Positions 25,020 through 42,784 of a DNA stretch of 64,000 bases are shown piece by piece; position 1 is the first letter of the stretch; each line of letters opens with the position of its first letter. Origin of the DNA: Dictyostelium discoideum. Its lineage: Eukaryota. The DNA lies in NCBI GenBank assembly GCA_000004695.1, contig CM000152.2, positions 1,824,001 to 1,888,000 of the forward strand. Direction: 5' to 3'. The notes under the pieces are model-generated. The model saw nothing but the letters and a program-made list of their open reading frames with translations. It did not search any database and had not been told where the DNA came from. Made by a program: the position numbers and the translations under genes.

Positions 25020-27168
25020 TATAGAAGAAACCAATAAACAACAACAACAACAACAACAACCATATCAAAGAGTTTTAATGAAACCAATTTCAAATAAACC
25101 AGTTATTGCAATTATTGGTAAACCAAATGTTGGAAAGAGTACAATTTTTAATAGAATTATAGAAGGACAAAGAAGAGCATTAGTAGAGGAGATACCAGGT
25201 ACTACTAGAGATCGTTATTATGGTGAAGGATTTTTATATGGACGTGAATTTATATTGGTTGATACAGGTGGTTTAATTGGTGAATCTAAAGAAGATAAAG
25301 ATCAATTTCAAGGGGTAATTCAAGACCAAGCAGAGATTGCAATGGAAGAAGCCGATGCAATTCTATTCGTATTGGATTATAAAAGTGGTTTAACATCAAT
25401 TGATAAAGAGTTGGCAAGAATGTTAAGATCAAAAAGACAAAAACTTGGTAAACCAATTTACATTGGTGTTAATAAAGCAGACAATGTTTCAATGAGGGGT
25501 GAAGACTTCGAAGAGATGAAAACTCAAATCACAAGATTAGGATTCGGTGAACCTATACCATTTTCAGCACATCACGGTGACAATGTTCATAGTATGTTTG
25601 AGTTAATTCTATCTCAATTCCCTCACATGGATTTATCATTGGAGAAATTGGAAGAGGATTTAAAACCTGGTCCAATTAGAATTTCAATAGTTGGTCAACC
25701 AAATGCCGGTAAATCAAGTTTACTCAATAAAATCATTGAAGAAGAACGTTCAATCGTTTCCGATATTCCAGGTACAACACATGATCCTGTTGATTGTAAT
25801 TTCCTTTGGCGTGATACTCATGAACTATCATTAATCGATACAGCAGGTATTAGAAGACGTTCAACTCATAAAATTGGTTTAGAGAAATCTTCAGTATTAT
25901 GGGCATTAAAAGCAATTGAAAAATCTCATGTAGTTTTCATTGTAATCGATGCTACAATTGGTATCACTGAACAAGATTTAAAAATTGCAAGTTTTGTTGT
26001 TGAAAATAGAAAAAGTATGATTATAATTGTAAATAAATGGGATCTTTATTTAAAGAATAAACATGCAACTCAAAAAATAACTGATAAATTATTTTTCCAT
26101 GATTTCCAAAACAAATCATCATCATCATCGTCAAAATCGATTGCAAATGAAAATTTTGATACAAGTTTTACTTTAGATACATTACTTGATGATTTAATTT
26201 CAAATAATATTAAAAATTCAAAAACTGATGATGTTTTAAATAGAAATGGTAAGAAAAAAGATTCATCAAAAAAGAAATCTTCAATTTTAGAAGAAAGAAA
26301 AACAAGAAAACAAAAAATAAGAGAGGAACAAGAAGAAGAAAAACAAAAACAATTACAACATTCTTCAGATTTAGAATATTCAAATATTTATTGGCCAGAT
26401 GCTAAAAATGGTCAAATTAATTATGTTGATGATATTGATGATATTGATGATATTAATGATATTGGAGATGATGGAGAAGTATATGATTTTGATATTGATG
26501 AAATTTTAAAAGAAGAAAGATATGAAGAAGGTAAAGAAGGTGATAAAGATGAAGAAGAAGGAGACAGTGATGAAAAATTCCAAAAAGCATATATTGAATA
26601 TTTAAAAAATAAAGAACTTAAATTAGAAGAATTGGAAAAGATTACTAGTCAAAATAAAATTAAAAGACCATTACCACCAAATGTTGAAATGCCAAAAATT
26701 ACTAAACTTCAAAAAGATTATGAAACTGAATTACGTTCAAAATTATCATTTTTAGATTTTGCACCAATTTTATTCACATCAGCTAAAACTGGATTTTGTG
26801 TTCCAACAGCAGTAGATCTTTCAATTAAAATCTTTTTCGAACGTGAGAAAAAATTACGTGTTGCAGAGTTAATAGAAATCATTAAATTGGTTTCATTTAA
26901 ACATAAATTCCCAAAAATGGGTAGAAATACTTTAAAATTGAAATTTGCACAACAAGCAAGAGGTTATCCACCAACTTTTGTATTTTGGGTAAATCATCCT
27001 GATAATGTTGAACCTTCAGTAGTTAGATTCCTATTACGTAGTATTAGAGATTATTATCCATTCGTTGGTACTCCAATTTATGTTCAATTTAGAAAAAATA
27101 GAGCAAATAAAAAAAAATTTTATAAAAAGGTATCATCATCATCAAATAAAGGTGGAAAGAAGAAATAA
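24643..27168 (+). CDS. Der/EngA-family double GTPase (probably mitochondrial) with a long C-terminal insert
   Basis: Two G-domains: 'IIGKPNVGKSTIFNRI...DTGG...NKAD' and 'VGQPNAGKSSLLNKI...DTAG...NKWD'. A KH-like C-terminal segment follows ('RFLLRSIRDYYPFVGTPIYVQFR'). N-terminal pre-sequence-like region. Single 841-aa ORF. Confidence 0.75.
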
Positions 27169-27381
27169 CAATAGTAAATATTAAAAATAAAATTAAAAAA
27201 TTAATTAAAACTTATTGTAAATACTATATATATATATTAAGAAAAAAAAAAAAAAAAAACCAAATTTGATTTACAAAATGTATCTATAGACATTTATATA
27301 TTATTTTTATTTTTTTTTAATTTTTTTTATTTAATGTAAATAAATAATAAATTTCCAGTTTTTTTATTTTTTTTTTTTTTT

Positions 27382-28704
<1,323 letters not shown>

Positions 28705-28720
28705 ATTTTGATTTGTCTTT

Positions 28721-28752
<32 letters not shown>

Positions 28753-29230
28753 TTTCTTTTTTTTTTTTATTTTATTTATGATAAAAATATTAATAACCGC
28801 CCCTCACGACATATATATTGCTATTATTATTATTATTTTATATTGTGTATCTTCTTCAAAAGGTTGAAACAAGTGTGTAAAAAAAAAAAAAATTTTCATT
28901 TTTTTTATTTTTATTTTTTTTTTTATTTTAAAATTATTTTTTAACTTTTGTTTTGGGTTAAAACAAATCCATTTTTTTCCAGATTTTTATATTAAAAAAT
29001 AGTTTTACAAAAAAAAAAAAAAAAAAAAAATATTAAAAATAAAAAAAAATATAAAAAATAAAAACAATGGTTTGAAAATCAATTTTGTCAAAAACCTAAA
29101 AATAGAATCAAAAAAATTTTGTAAATTGGTTGAAAAAAAAAAAAAAAAACAAAATTACAAAAGGTTAATGTGCCACCATTTTGTTTGGAAGGTTGTTTTT
29201 TTTTGTTTTAATTTTTATTTTTAATTTTTA

Positions 29231-30643
29231 TTAAACATTTTCAACAAAACCAAATGATGGTTTTTGTGATTGTTGATTTGAGGGTATTAAAGGTTGATTA
29301 CTGTCACTTCTTATAAAATCATTAATTTCAATTGATTCACTATCATCATCATCGTCGTCATCATCATCATAACCTATATTCGCGCCATTAATTGGCTGTT
29401 GTTGTATAGTTTCTAATTTTATATTGCCATTATCATTCTTATTAATAATATTATTATTATTATTATCATCATTATTATTATTAATATTGATTGGTTGATT
29501 ATTTGTAGTTGCTATTATTGAAGAGGAAGAGGAGGAAGGAGAAGAAGAATTATTTAATAATCTTTGTTGTTGTAAATAAAGTTCATTCTCTCTCCAATAA
29601 GTACCATCAGTTTTTGGAAAACCTATTGGGAAAAACCATTGAATTAAAGTATCACCCATAACTTCTCTAAAATTAAATTTCCAACCTTTATCGAATTTCC
29701 ATTTATATTTTAATCCATTCCTTCTTGCATATTTTCCTTCTTTCTTTCTTTCATATCTTTCAACGGGTGTATAATTTCCTAACAAAAATTCCATTTGAAA
29801 GAAGAATAAACCACTAACACCTAACAATACTGGTAATACACCAGAGAAATTAAAAATATACATTATTGTTACTATTATACTTGATACTAAAAAATCAACT
29901 TCATTTGAATTGTTATTATTATTATTATTAATTTTAGCACTATTTGAATCATTTAACTAAATATAATAAGATTGATAAGATGTTAATATATATATATATA
30001 TTATAAATACACTAAATATATACACTACATTTAAATTAACATTTAAAATATAAAAACCTGATATAGTTAAAGTTGTGATTGTAATTGAAGTTAATATTAC
30101 AACATAAAATAAAAATTGAATGAAAAACTTTTGATTTCTAAAACCAGTACAATTACCAATCCAAGGACAATGATGATCATGTTTTAGAATACATCTTTTA
30201 CATTGTTTACAATGATGAGTTCTTGGTGGTTTAAAAGCACAACATTGTGAACAGAATCTAGCTTTGTTGTTGTTGTTGTTGTTGTTTTTACTGTTTTTAC
30301 TATTTACAATTGTTATTGTACTTAAATCATCATCAACCAATACTGTAGTTGATTTAGATTTATTATTACTTTGATTTAAATGTTTGAATTGGTCAATTAA
30401 TATTGTTAAATCTTGTTTTGTTTTACCTTCTGGTAACCATGTTGATGGTGGACTACCTGGATCTGTTAATACTGACATACTATAACATCTTAATAATAAT
30501 AATGCTAATAAATGATATACTATTATATATGTTTGTCCCCATATATTATTAAAAAAATTTAATGGTTCATAAACTAAAATCCATTGACTACATATAACAA
30601 ATAATATAAATATATATACACCAATAACTGAAATTGTTATCAT
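29231..30643 (-). CDS. DHHC-type palmitoyltransferase; complement(join(29231..~29870,~29960..30643))
   Basis: DHHC cysteine-rich domain 'CSQCCAFKPPRTHHCKQCKRCILKHDHHCPWIGNCTGFRNQKFFIQFLFY' with two TM segments before it and two after. The downstream ORF contains a TTxE-like motif, 'LLGNYTPVERYE'. The two ORFs share a frame and are separated by a single TAG that must be removed by an intron; exact junctions are unresolved. Confidence 0.65.
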
Positions 30644-30672
30644 TTTATTATTATTAATTAATTTTTTTTTTT

Positions 30673-30723
<51 letters not shown>

Positions 30724-31052
30724 TCTATTATTATTATTATTATTATTATTACAACTATTGTTTTATGGTTACATTACTAAAAAAAAAAAAAAAAAAAAAA
30801 AAGAAATCGTTATTTATTTGATTTTAAGGGAGTTGTTTAAAAATAAATATTAAAAAAAAAAAATTAAAAAATTAAAAAATTAAATTATTTTGGGTTTTTT
30901 TTTTTTTTTATTTTTTTTTATTTTTTTTTTATTTTTTTAGCTTTTCCAAAAAAAAAAAAAAAAAAAAAAAAAAAACGATACAGAACTCAATTTTAATTAA
31001 TTTCAAAAAATAAAATAAAAATAAAAAAAAAATAAAAAATAAAAATTAAAAT

Positions 31053-31458
31053 ATGAATCAACTTAAACCAAAATTATCATCTATTTCAAAGTTTTCATTT
31101 ATTCGGATTAATAATATAAATAGAATAAAATATTTCACAACTAATACAAATATTGATAAAAATAATGAAAATAATGAAAATAATGAAAATAATGAAAATA
31201 ATGATATATTTAATTTAACCGAAAAAATAGTTTCAAAATTTATAGTTAATAATAATATTAGGAAAATTAATGATGAAAATAATAAAAAAATTACAAAAAA
31301 ATATCAATTAAATTTCAATAATAAAAATAATAACAAAAATAAATCAAATAAATTTCAAAAAGATTTAAATAATGAAAATAATGACAATGAAGAAAATAAT
31401 GAAAATAATGAAAATAATGAAAATAATGAAAATTACTATAATGAATTAAAAGGTAATA

Positions 31459-31546
<88 letters not shown>

Positions 31547-32963
31547 GAAAAAAAAAGAATTAAAAGATAATTATGAAATTTATGAAGATCCAAATCAAAG
31601 AATTGCATATAAAACATTAACAGTTGTAAAAGTTAAAGATGATACACATATAGATTATGCATTACAACAATTAAGAATTCAATTAAAGGGTAAAACAGGA
31701 TGGAATAAAGATAAAAATATAATCATTGGTAATATTCAATGGTCAAGAATTAATGATTTTATAAAAAATAATACTTATTATGATGATAATGAAGATTTTA
31801 ATATAAAAGTTAAAGAAAATGATGATGATAATAATAATAACCAATCACAACCATTTATTGGATTTTGTAAACAAATATTTCCAAATAGTATTTTGATTGA
31901 AGAACAATCGAATGGTAAATGGAGTGATATTGGATATGATTTCATTTCTAGTAATTTTAAACATTGTAAATGGAGAACATGGAGAATTCAAATAGTTACA
32001 CCCACATCAGAGGCCAAAGTTTCAAACTACCGATACCAATTGACCAGAGCTATATTGACAAAGGCACGAAGATTCAATAGCCCACTTTTCGCATGTTACA
32101 ATTTTGAAACCATTAGAAATGCTACATTACCAATCGAAGAGGATGAAGCATTGATACAAATTCTATGTTCAGATAAAAAGAGTAGTGGATATATTAGTGT
32201 AGTTACACCACCGATTTATAAATATTTAGAGAAAATCATTGGTGTCTATCCTTCACATATTGGTAGAGAGTTAAATACAGAGTTAATACCAAACTATATT
32301 TATGAATTGTTTACAAATTCCGACCCTCGTCAGTATGGTAAAAATCATATTAGTCATATAAAAAGAAATTTAGTATCAAAAGTTGATATGTTAAAACTTG
32401 AGTATATTAAATCAATGAAAACCGAAGAATTGGTTGAAAATTTCTTACCATCAAGATCATTTTTAAAATTATTTGAATTGTTTCAAAAATTTCCACCAAA
32501 TTTAACACCATTCCCATCAATGAAACCAAACGAAACTGTCATTGATTTAGGTAGTAGTCCAGGTGGTTGGACATTGTTTAGTTTACTTCAAGGTTGTCAT
32601 GTTACTTCAATCGATAAATCACCTTTAAATTCAAAATGTTTAGATTTAAATGATAGTAGAAATTTAAAATTTTTAGAAATGAATGCTTTTGAATTTAATC
32701 CAGAATCATCTTTCGATTGGTTAATCATTGATATGAAAGTACCACCAATGAAATCATTAATTCTACTCGATCAATGGTTAAATTTAAAACTTTGTCGTAA
32801 TTTCATTGTAAACCTTAAATTTCAAATCACTGATGTCATTATAAGTGATCACGAAAAATTCATTCAAAATGATATAACTCCAAAAACTAGTTATATTAAT
32901 TCAATTTGTTTAAATAAAAATGGTTATAAAGAGATAACTTTATTTGGGGTTACTAATGAGTAA
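31053..32963 (+). CDS. FtsJ/RrmJ-like 2'-O-methyltransferase-domain protein (C-terminal domain), Asn-rich N-terminus
   Basis: The C-terminal motif 'ETVIDLGSSPGGWTLFSLLQG' resembles the FtsJ SAM-binding motif (V-DLGAAPGGW). The N-terminal half is poly-N/K. Single 636-aa ORF from an ATG. Confidence 0.5.
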
Positions 32964-33137
32964 TAAAAATAAAATTTAAAAAAATAAATAAAAATTAAAT
33001 AAATTATTGAACAAAATATACAAGTTTAAATTTTTAAAAAGATTATTATTGTTGTTGATTTGTTTTATTTATTTTTATTATTATTATTATTTTTATTATT
33101 TTTTAATTTTCTTTTTATTTTTATTTTTATTTTTATT

Positions 33138-35575
<2,438 letters not shown>

Positions 35576-35878
35576 TTGTAAATGTAATTTTTTTTTTTTT
35601 TTTATTATTCTATTTTTTAATAATTATAATTCTTATTAAAAAATAAAAAATAAAAATTAAAAAAAAAAAAAAATTGAAAAAAAAAAAAAAAAAAAATTGA
35701 AAAAAAAAAAAACAATTCTTAGAAGATTAGATTTTTTTCTAATTTCTGTTTTTGGTGAATGTTTATATTTTTATTTTTCTATTATTATTATTATTTACAA
35801 TTTATGTACAAAAAGGATGAATAAATAATAGTAACTATTATTTCTTTTATTTTCTATATTTATTTTTTATTTTTTTAT

Positions 35879-36764
35879 TTATTCATATTCGCCAGTTACA
35901 GTATTTGTAATTTTAGGATAAATACATTTTGAATCTAATTGAGTTTGAGCCCATTTTAATAATTTTAAAATTGTTGGTAATTTTGGATCTTTATCTTGAG
36001 ATTGACTTAAAAGAATTGCAGAATTTAATTCACCTGCAGTTTTTTGTCTTTGTGAGTGATCTAATAATGAAGACAATGGTGATTTTGCTGTATCTTCAAA
36101 AACTAATAATGATATCGTTTTTTCAAGTTCTTCTAAAAATTTATTCTATTGTTAATTACAATCCAAATAATTTATAAATTATTATTATTATTAATTATTT
36201 ATTTTTTTATTAAAAATTACATAATTATTATTACTATTATTATTATTATTATTATTACATACATTCTCTTCACCTTGTGGTGCAAGTTCATCTTGAGCAA
36301 ATTTTAAAGCTTCAGCAGTCATACCCTTTCTAATTAATTCTATTAATTTTTGTTGTTGTAAATGAAAGTATAGTTGTGGATTTGTATCTAATATCTCTGG
36401 ATTTAAATCATTGACAATCTCAATTCCTTTTTCAACATCACCACATTGTATCGCTGATCTTATTGCCATTCTATCTGCTATTGATGCAAGATCAACAGTT
36501 GCTAATATAAAAAAAAGAAATTAATTAATTTAAAAATATAATAATAATAATAATAATAATAATTTAATAAATTAATTACTTACTTTGTGTAGATGATTCT
36601 TCTTGAAATTTTGCAGCTGCTTCTTGATAACCTTCAATGACAAGATAATTCATAACTAATTTATTTAAATCAGATTTTGATATATTAACTTCTGCAAGTT
36701 TATCATCCCACTCGCTTGTGGATATAACTTTTTTTTGTGCATTCGATGAATAGCTATTTGACAT
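35879..36764 (-). CDS. GID8/Twa1 homolog (LisH-CTLH-CRA, CTLH complex subunit); complement(join(35879..36145,36263..36501,36584..36764))
   Basis: LisH 'DLNKLVMNYLVIEGYQEAAAKF'. CTLH 'IRSAIQCGDVEKGIEIVNDLNPEILDTNPQLYFHLQQQKLIELIR'. CRA 'LLDHSQRQKTAGELNSAILLSQ...LLKWAQTQLD'. This is co-linear with GID8. Introns are 36502..36583 (GTAAGT...TTAG, phase 1) and 36146..36262 (GTATGT...ATAG, phase 0). Total 687 nt, 229 codons. Confidence 0.85.
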
Positions 36765-36864
36765 GTTTTTGTAAATTGTATATATATAAATATGCGGAAA
36801 AAAGGTGTGTTGTGTGTGAAATAATATAACTTTGTAATTTTTAATTTTTTTTTTTTTTCATTTT

Positions 36865-36909
<45 letters not shown>

Positions 36910-37180
36910 AAATTTAATATAATTTCTAAAAAAAGAAATCAATACAATTGTTTTTAAGACTTAGATTAATCTAATTTTTTTTTTTGATATCTTAGTTTTT
37001 TTTTAATTTTTTTATCTATTTATTTTTTTTTGTGAAATGAAATCTGGAATTAAAAAAATTTAATAAATCACTTATTTTCTTAAAATCATTTTTTTTTTTT
37101 TATTTAAATTCTGTTTTGTTTTATATATATAAATCTGTTGGTTTTGGAGTTTTTTTCTTTGTTTTTTTTTTTAAAGTTTC

Positions 37181-37210
<30 letters not shown>

Positions 37211-37215
<5 letters not shown>

Positions 37216-37601
37216 CGTCTTCGCTTAATGCAGATAAATGAGCAATTGTACATTGTCTTAAGGCATTTATATTATAACCACCTTCTAATATTGAAACCAA
37301 TCTACCTTTACACCAACGATCGGCAACTCTACGTAGGGATCTTGTAATTTCGACATAGTTTTCTTCCAATAAACATAAAGAAGCCAAATGATCCTCCATA
37401 TGTGCATCGAATCCACAAGAAATTAAAATTAGTTCTGGTTGATAATCATTCAACTTATCAATAATAATTGAAAATGCTTTTAAAAATGAACTTGCAGAAC
37501 TCTTTGGGTCCAATGGAATATTTACAATGTTTCCTTTACAATTGCTATTATTAGTAATTGTTGATTGTTGTGTTATTGAATTACTATTATTATTATTATT
37601 A

Positions 37602-37666
<65 letters not shown>

Positions 37667-38720
37667 TACATCATTATTATTATCATCATCATCATAATCG
37701 TTTTGTTCATTAAATTCATTTAAATTAACTACACCAATTGAACCAACACCACCACCACTACCAGGATAGAAACCTTCTTCAAACATATGAATACTAAGGA
37801 AATAGAAACCTTGATCATTTGATAATATTTCTTCGGTACCATTTCCATGATGAACATCGAAATCAATGATTGCAATTTTATCTAAATTATACTTGAGTTG
37901 AGCGTATTTAGCACCAATACAAACATGATTCAATAGACAAAATCCTTGAGAACTAGTACCACTAGTTAAACCATCTCTACCAGCATGATGACCAGGTGGG
38001 CGAGCGGCAACAAAAGCACTTGTTACATTACCTTTCATAACGTTATCAATGGCTTGACAAGTTGCACCAGCAGATCTTTTGGCGGCATGTAAAGATAGTT
38101 TGCTTACGAATGTATCACCATCTTCGCATTGCTCACCATTTGTACTACTTGTTGTGGAACCTGGAGTAACAGTGGCAGTACCAGTTGTTGTGATTGGAGT
38201 TGATGTTGAGAATTGATTAATGCCTGTGCTTGCACCATCATTATTTACATTTAATGGACGAATTTCATTTGCATCCAATTTCTCGGTTAAATCCTCCAAC
38301 AATCTAAGATACTCTGGTGAATGAACTGTTAAAATCCATTTATCATTAATTTCCTCTGGATCATTTTTAATGATTAACCTATCAGATTGTCTCGAGAAAT
38401 CATTGATTGCCTTTATAACTGAACTTAAACGTTTTGGTGATTCAGGATGATCATCAGGTACTAAATGATCTAAGCAAGTAGTATGATAAAGTGCCATCAC
38501 TTTTCTTTCTTTTGGTAATTGTGATGATTGTTGTACCGATTGTGATTGACCAATATGTTGTTGTTGATTATTACTAATAAATGATGAAATATTATCAATA
38601 TCCATATTATCTCTATCCCTAATTCTATTATTTCTATTTCTTTCTTTTTCAATATTATTATTATTGTTATTACTATTATTATCTCTTTCAAATTCTCTAT
38701 CTCTATCTCTATTTCTATTA

Positions 38721-38806
<86 letters not shown>

Positions 38807-40143
38807 TTTACTAATATTTTCATATTTTGATAATAAATCACTTAATTTATTAATGAATGGATTAGTTGTATCAATTAATTGATCATCTTCCTCATTATTA
38901 TTATTATTGTTATTGTTATTATTATTGTTATTATTATTTGAATTAAAAAGACCAGTTTTTAATCTATTATAAGCAACAGAGATTACATCACAATTGTATA
39001 AAGATTGTTGAATTACATCAATCATATAGGTTGATAATTGTCTTGAATGTTTTTCAACGATTGTTTGATGACAGTTGATATGAATATTATAAAGTAATTC
39101 AAAGAAAGAGAAAACTCTAATGACCATTGAAATCTCTTTTTGAATTGATTTAAATTTAATTTCCATTGAATTTAATGTAGTTTCCAAAGGTGCCAATGAT
39201 TCTAATAATCTTGTAGTATCTTGTTTTGCTTGTTCTAATCCAATTTCTTCTATACCATTGTCATTATTACTACTATTATTTAAAAATTTTGAAGATTCTA
39301 TAATATTCTTTTCAATATTTTCCCTTTTAATAATAAGAGTATCTCTAATTGAAGATAATTCACGAAGAATGAATTCAAATTGTTCTTCAATGATTTTGAA
39401 TTGATCAGAGAAATGAATGAATTTGTTAATTTCATTTTCATCGAAATAAACTTCAGTTAATGGTATGAAACTATCTTCCATCATTGAGTAATGTTTTGAT
39501 ATCGATTGATAGAGCATTTGATAATGTTTGGTGATGTTAAATACACTATTGTCAATACAATTCAACATTTGTTTACTTGCATTTGTGTTATATTGTGATT
39601 CCGATGATGGTGATGAGAGAGTCGTTAAAAAGTTAATCATCTTTAATCTTTGATCGACTGGTAACTCATTAGAAAAAACAACCACCGAATTTATTAATCG
39701 CTTTAAGCATTCCAATAATGATGAGGATGGATTATAATGAGTTTGAATCCAACTATATTGTATTGGTGCCCAAATTTGTGAATCTATAGGTGACAATAGA
39801 TCATTATGTCTAGAGTGTGTTAATGTTTGTGCTTGATGTGCAGCTTGTGATTGTGCATGTGCTAATGTTTGTTGTTGTAGTTGAAGTTGTTGAATATATT
39901 GTTGTTGTGCTTGTGCTTGTTGTTGTGCTAATATATGCTGTGCTTGTTGTGTTTGTACTGCTTGAACTTGTTGTTGAATATAGTTTTGGTTTGGTGAAAA
40001 ATATTGATGTTGTTGTTGATAATTTGAATTATTATTATTGTTGTTATTACTATTACCATTATTATTGTTATTACTATTATTGTTATTATTATTATTGTTA
40101 TTGATATTGTTATTATTATTATTACTATTATTATTATTATTAC

Positions 40144-40216
<73 letters not shown>

Positions 40217-40830
40217 GTTATTGTTATCTACAGTTGTGTTTGGTGAAGGGACTCGAACGTTATGATAGACTGCTGGTGCTTTACTTGAAACTGGTGGTTT
40301 CGTTGGTGGTGGTGTTGGTTGACCATATGTCGATTGGATCGGAATAATATTATTACTATTATTATTATTTTTTGGGCTTGGATATTGTTGATGTGATGGA
40401 GAAGTATTATATTGCTGTGGGGATGGTAATTTTCCTTGAAGTCTACTAGTTTGAAGAGATGGTCTTGGTGTACCATTTGCCACATTATTAATATTATTAT
40501 TATTACTATTATTATTATTATTATTACTATTATTATTATTATTACTATTATTGTTATTATTATTATTATTTGTAGTATTATTGTTATTATTTATAGTAGT
40601 ATTATTATTATTTTGAGGAGATTGAGATGGTTGAGGTATTGATCCACTACTATTATATAATAGATTTTGAGAAGAAGAGGAGAGTATTGGTTTCGAAGAG
40701 GTAGGTGAATTATTTACGACACTATTTAAAATTTGCATTGGACCACCAACAACAACTGGTTTGGTTGTTGAAGTTGTGGTTCCATTCATAATATTGTTAT
40801 TGTTATTAGTATTGTTATTACTATTATTAT

Positions 40831-40864
<34 letters not shown>

Positions 40865-41979
40865 ATTACCAATTAATGATTGAGCACTTTTTTGTGATGT
40901 TAATAAATTTCTACTGCTACCATTTCCATTACTACTACTATTCAATTGTGATGATGAAGATGATAAAGATAATGAAGATGAAGAAGACCTTAATTGACCA
41001 TTATTATTATTATTGTTTTGTAATTGCATCGAGTTCGAACTATTGCTGTTGATATTGTTGCTATTACTATTACTATTATTATTATTATTGTTATTAATAT
41101 TGTTACCATTACTTTGAGGTAGTATTGGTACGAAAACATTTGAATTTCTTTGTAGAAATGAAACAGGTGATGGAGGTGATGGTATTGGTGAGCCACTTGG
41201 AGAACTTCCTCCATTGTGACTATTATTACTACTATTACTACCATTGCTATTATTATTATTATTAATATTATTATTATTACCTCCTAAACCCATACCTATA
41301 CTATTACCAAATAAAGATGGGAAAGGGGATGTTTGTAATATATTATCTCCAGTTTTGGTTTTTTTATAGGGTCTTGCGTTGGCTCTCAACTGTTCCATTG
41401 AAATTTCTTCTGGTCCATTTCCAAATCCAATACTATTAACAATTGTATCTGGTACAACTGGAGGTTGAATAATAATTCCTTTTGACTATTTTTTAAAAAA
41501 TAAAAAATGGTGAAAAAAAAAAAAAAATTTTTGAGTTTTGTGGGAAAAAAAAAAAAAATTTAAAAAAAAATAAAAAAAGGGTTAAAAAAAAAATAATTAA
41601 ATTTCCATTTTTGGTTTTTTTTTTTTTAAAACAAATTTTATCATAAAAATTATTATTATTTTTATTATTTTTATTATTATAATTTTCATTATTTTTTATT
41701 ATTATTATTATTTTTATTATTTTATTTTTATTTTAATTATTTTTAATATTATTATTAAAAAATTATAAAAATAAAACTTACAGTCCATTTTGTACCACAT
41801 GCTTTACATCTCCACCTTTGAGCACCTTTATTTGTTTTTCCTTTTCTTTGAGAATATAAAACATCTTCAATTCTTGGACAATGGGCTGTACAATGACCTC
41901 TTGCAGCACCAATACAACATGCTGGTTTTTCTCCAACCCTACTGTTCATTTCATTAACCTGATGAATTGTTGACATCAT
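37211..41979 (-). CDS. class II histone deacetylase with ~900-aa low-complexity N-terminal region; complement(join(37211..41485,41782..41979)) (first exon tentative)
   Basis: C-terminal catalytic domain has class II HDAC motifs: 'RPPGHHA', 'DFDVHHGNGT', 'SIHMFEEGFYPGSGG', 'ISCGFDAHMEDHLASL', 'LEGGYN'. The ORF stays open for 29 codons upstream of the listed Met, back to a TAG acceptor at 41485. A GTAAGT donor at 41781 ends a 66-codon upstream exon that starts ATGATG at 41979. Both junctions are phase 0. Confidence 0.7.
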
Positions 41980-42025
41980 TTTTGAAAATTTACAAAAATA
42001 AAATATTGACAAACAAGAAATATAT

Positions 42026-42066
<41 letters not shown>

Positions 42067-42124
42067 AAACTAAATAATTTTTGTTTTGTTAAAATTTAAA
42101 TTTTTAAAATTAACATAGGAAAAT

Positions 42125-42155
<31 letters not shown>

Positions 42156-42558
42156 TAAAAACAATTATGGATCACACACACTAAAATCAAAAATAAAAAA
42201 AAAATAAAAATAAAAAAAATAAATGAATAAAAAAAAAATAAAAAAAAAAAAATAAAAAAAAAAAATAAAAAAAATTGAAAGGTGATTGGTAACTAATATT
42301 TATGATAAAAAAATATAAATGAATATATTAAAATATGTTGATATGTGTGATTGGGCCTGAAAATGGGTTAATTTTTTTTTTTTTTTTTTTTAAGGGAAAA
42401 AAAAAAAAAAAAAAAAATATTATATAATTAATGATGCTTTTTTCTTCTTAATACAAATTGAAAGAGAGGGGATTTAGTATTAAAAATAAAATAAAATTTT
42501 AATAGTACCAAACTTTTGTTTGACAAAAAAAAAAAAAAAAAAAAAACCAATTTGTATG

Positions 42559-42559
<1 letters not shown>

Positions 42560-42612
<53 letters not shown>
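42560..42612 (+). repeat. poly(dA) homopolymer, 53 nt, uninterrupted
   Basis: Direct reading. One of many dA/dT tracts in the 42.0-46.7 kb intergenic block. Confidence 0.9.
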
Positions 42613-42614
<2 letters not shown>

Positions 42615-42752
42615 CAATTAATAACCAATTTTCAAATTTTTTTATATAGTGAATAAATAAATAAAAAAAGGAAATAAGAATACCGATTGGATGAATGAAT
42701 ATTTTTTCTCCCAAAGAAAATAATAAAAAAGGGAATTTAATAAAATTATTAA

Positions 42753-42784
<32 letters not shown>

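Noticed and set aside
36665-36868. 67-aa ORF overlapping the GID8 first exon and promoter
   Set aside because: Lys/Phe-rich translation of A/T runs. Different frame from the well-supported GID8 exon.
41755-42012. Treating the 85-aa ORF as an independent gene starting at 42012
   Set aside because: Position 42012 is a TTG, not an ATG. The first 10 residues translate an A/T leader. The real ATG pair is at 41979, and a consensus donor follows the zinc-ribbon codons.
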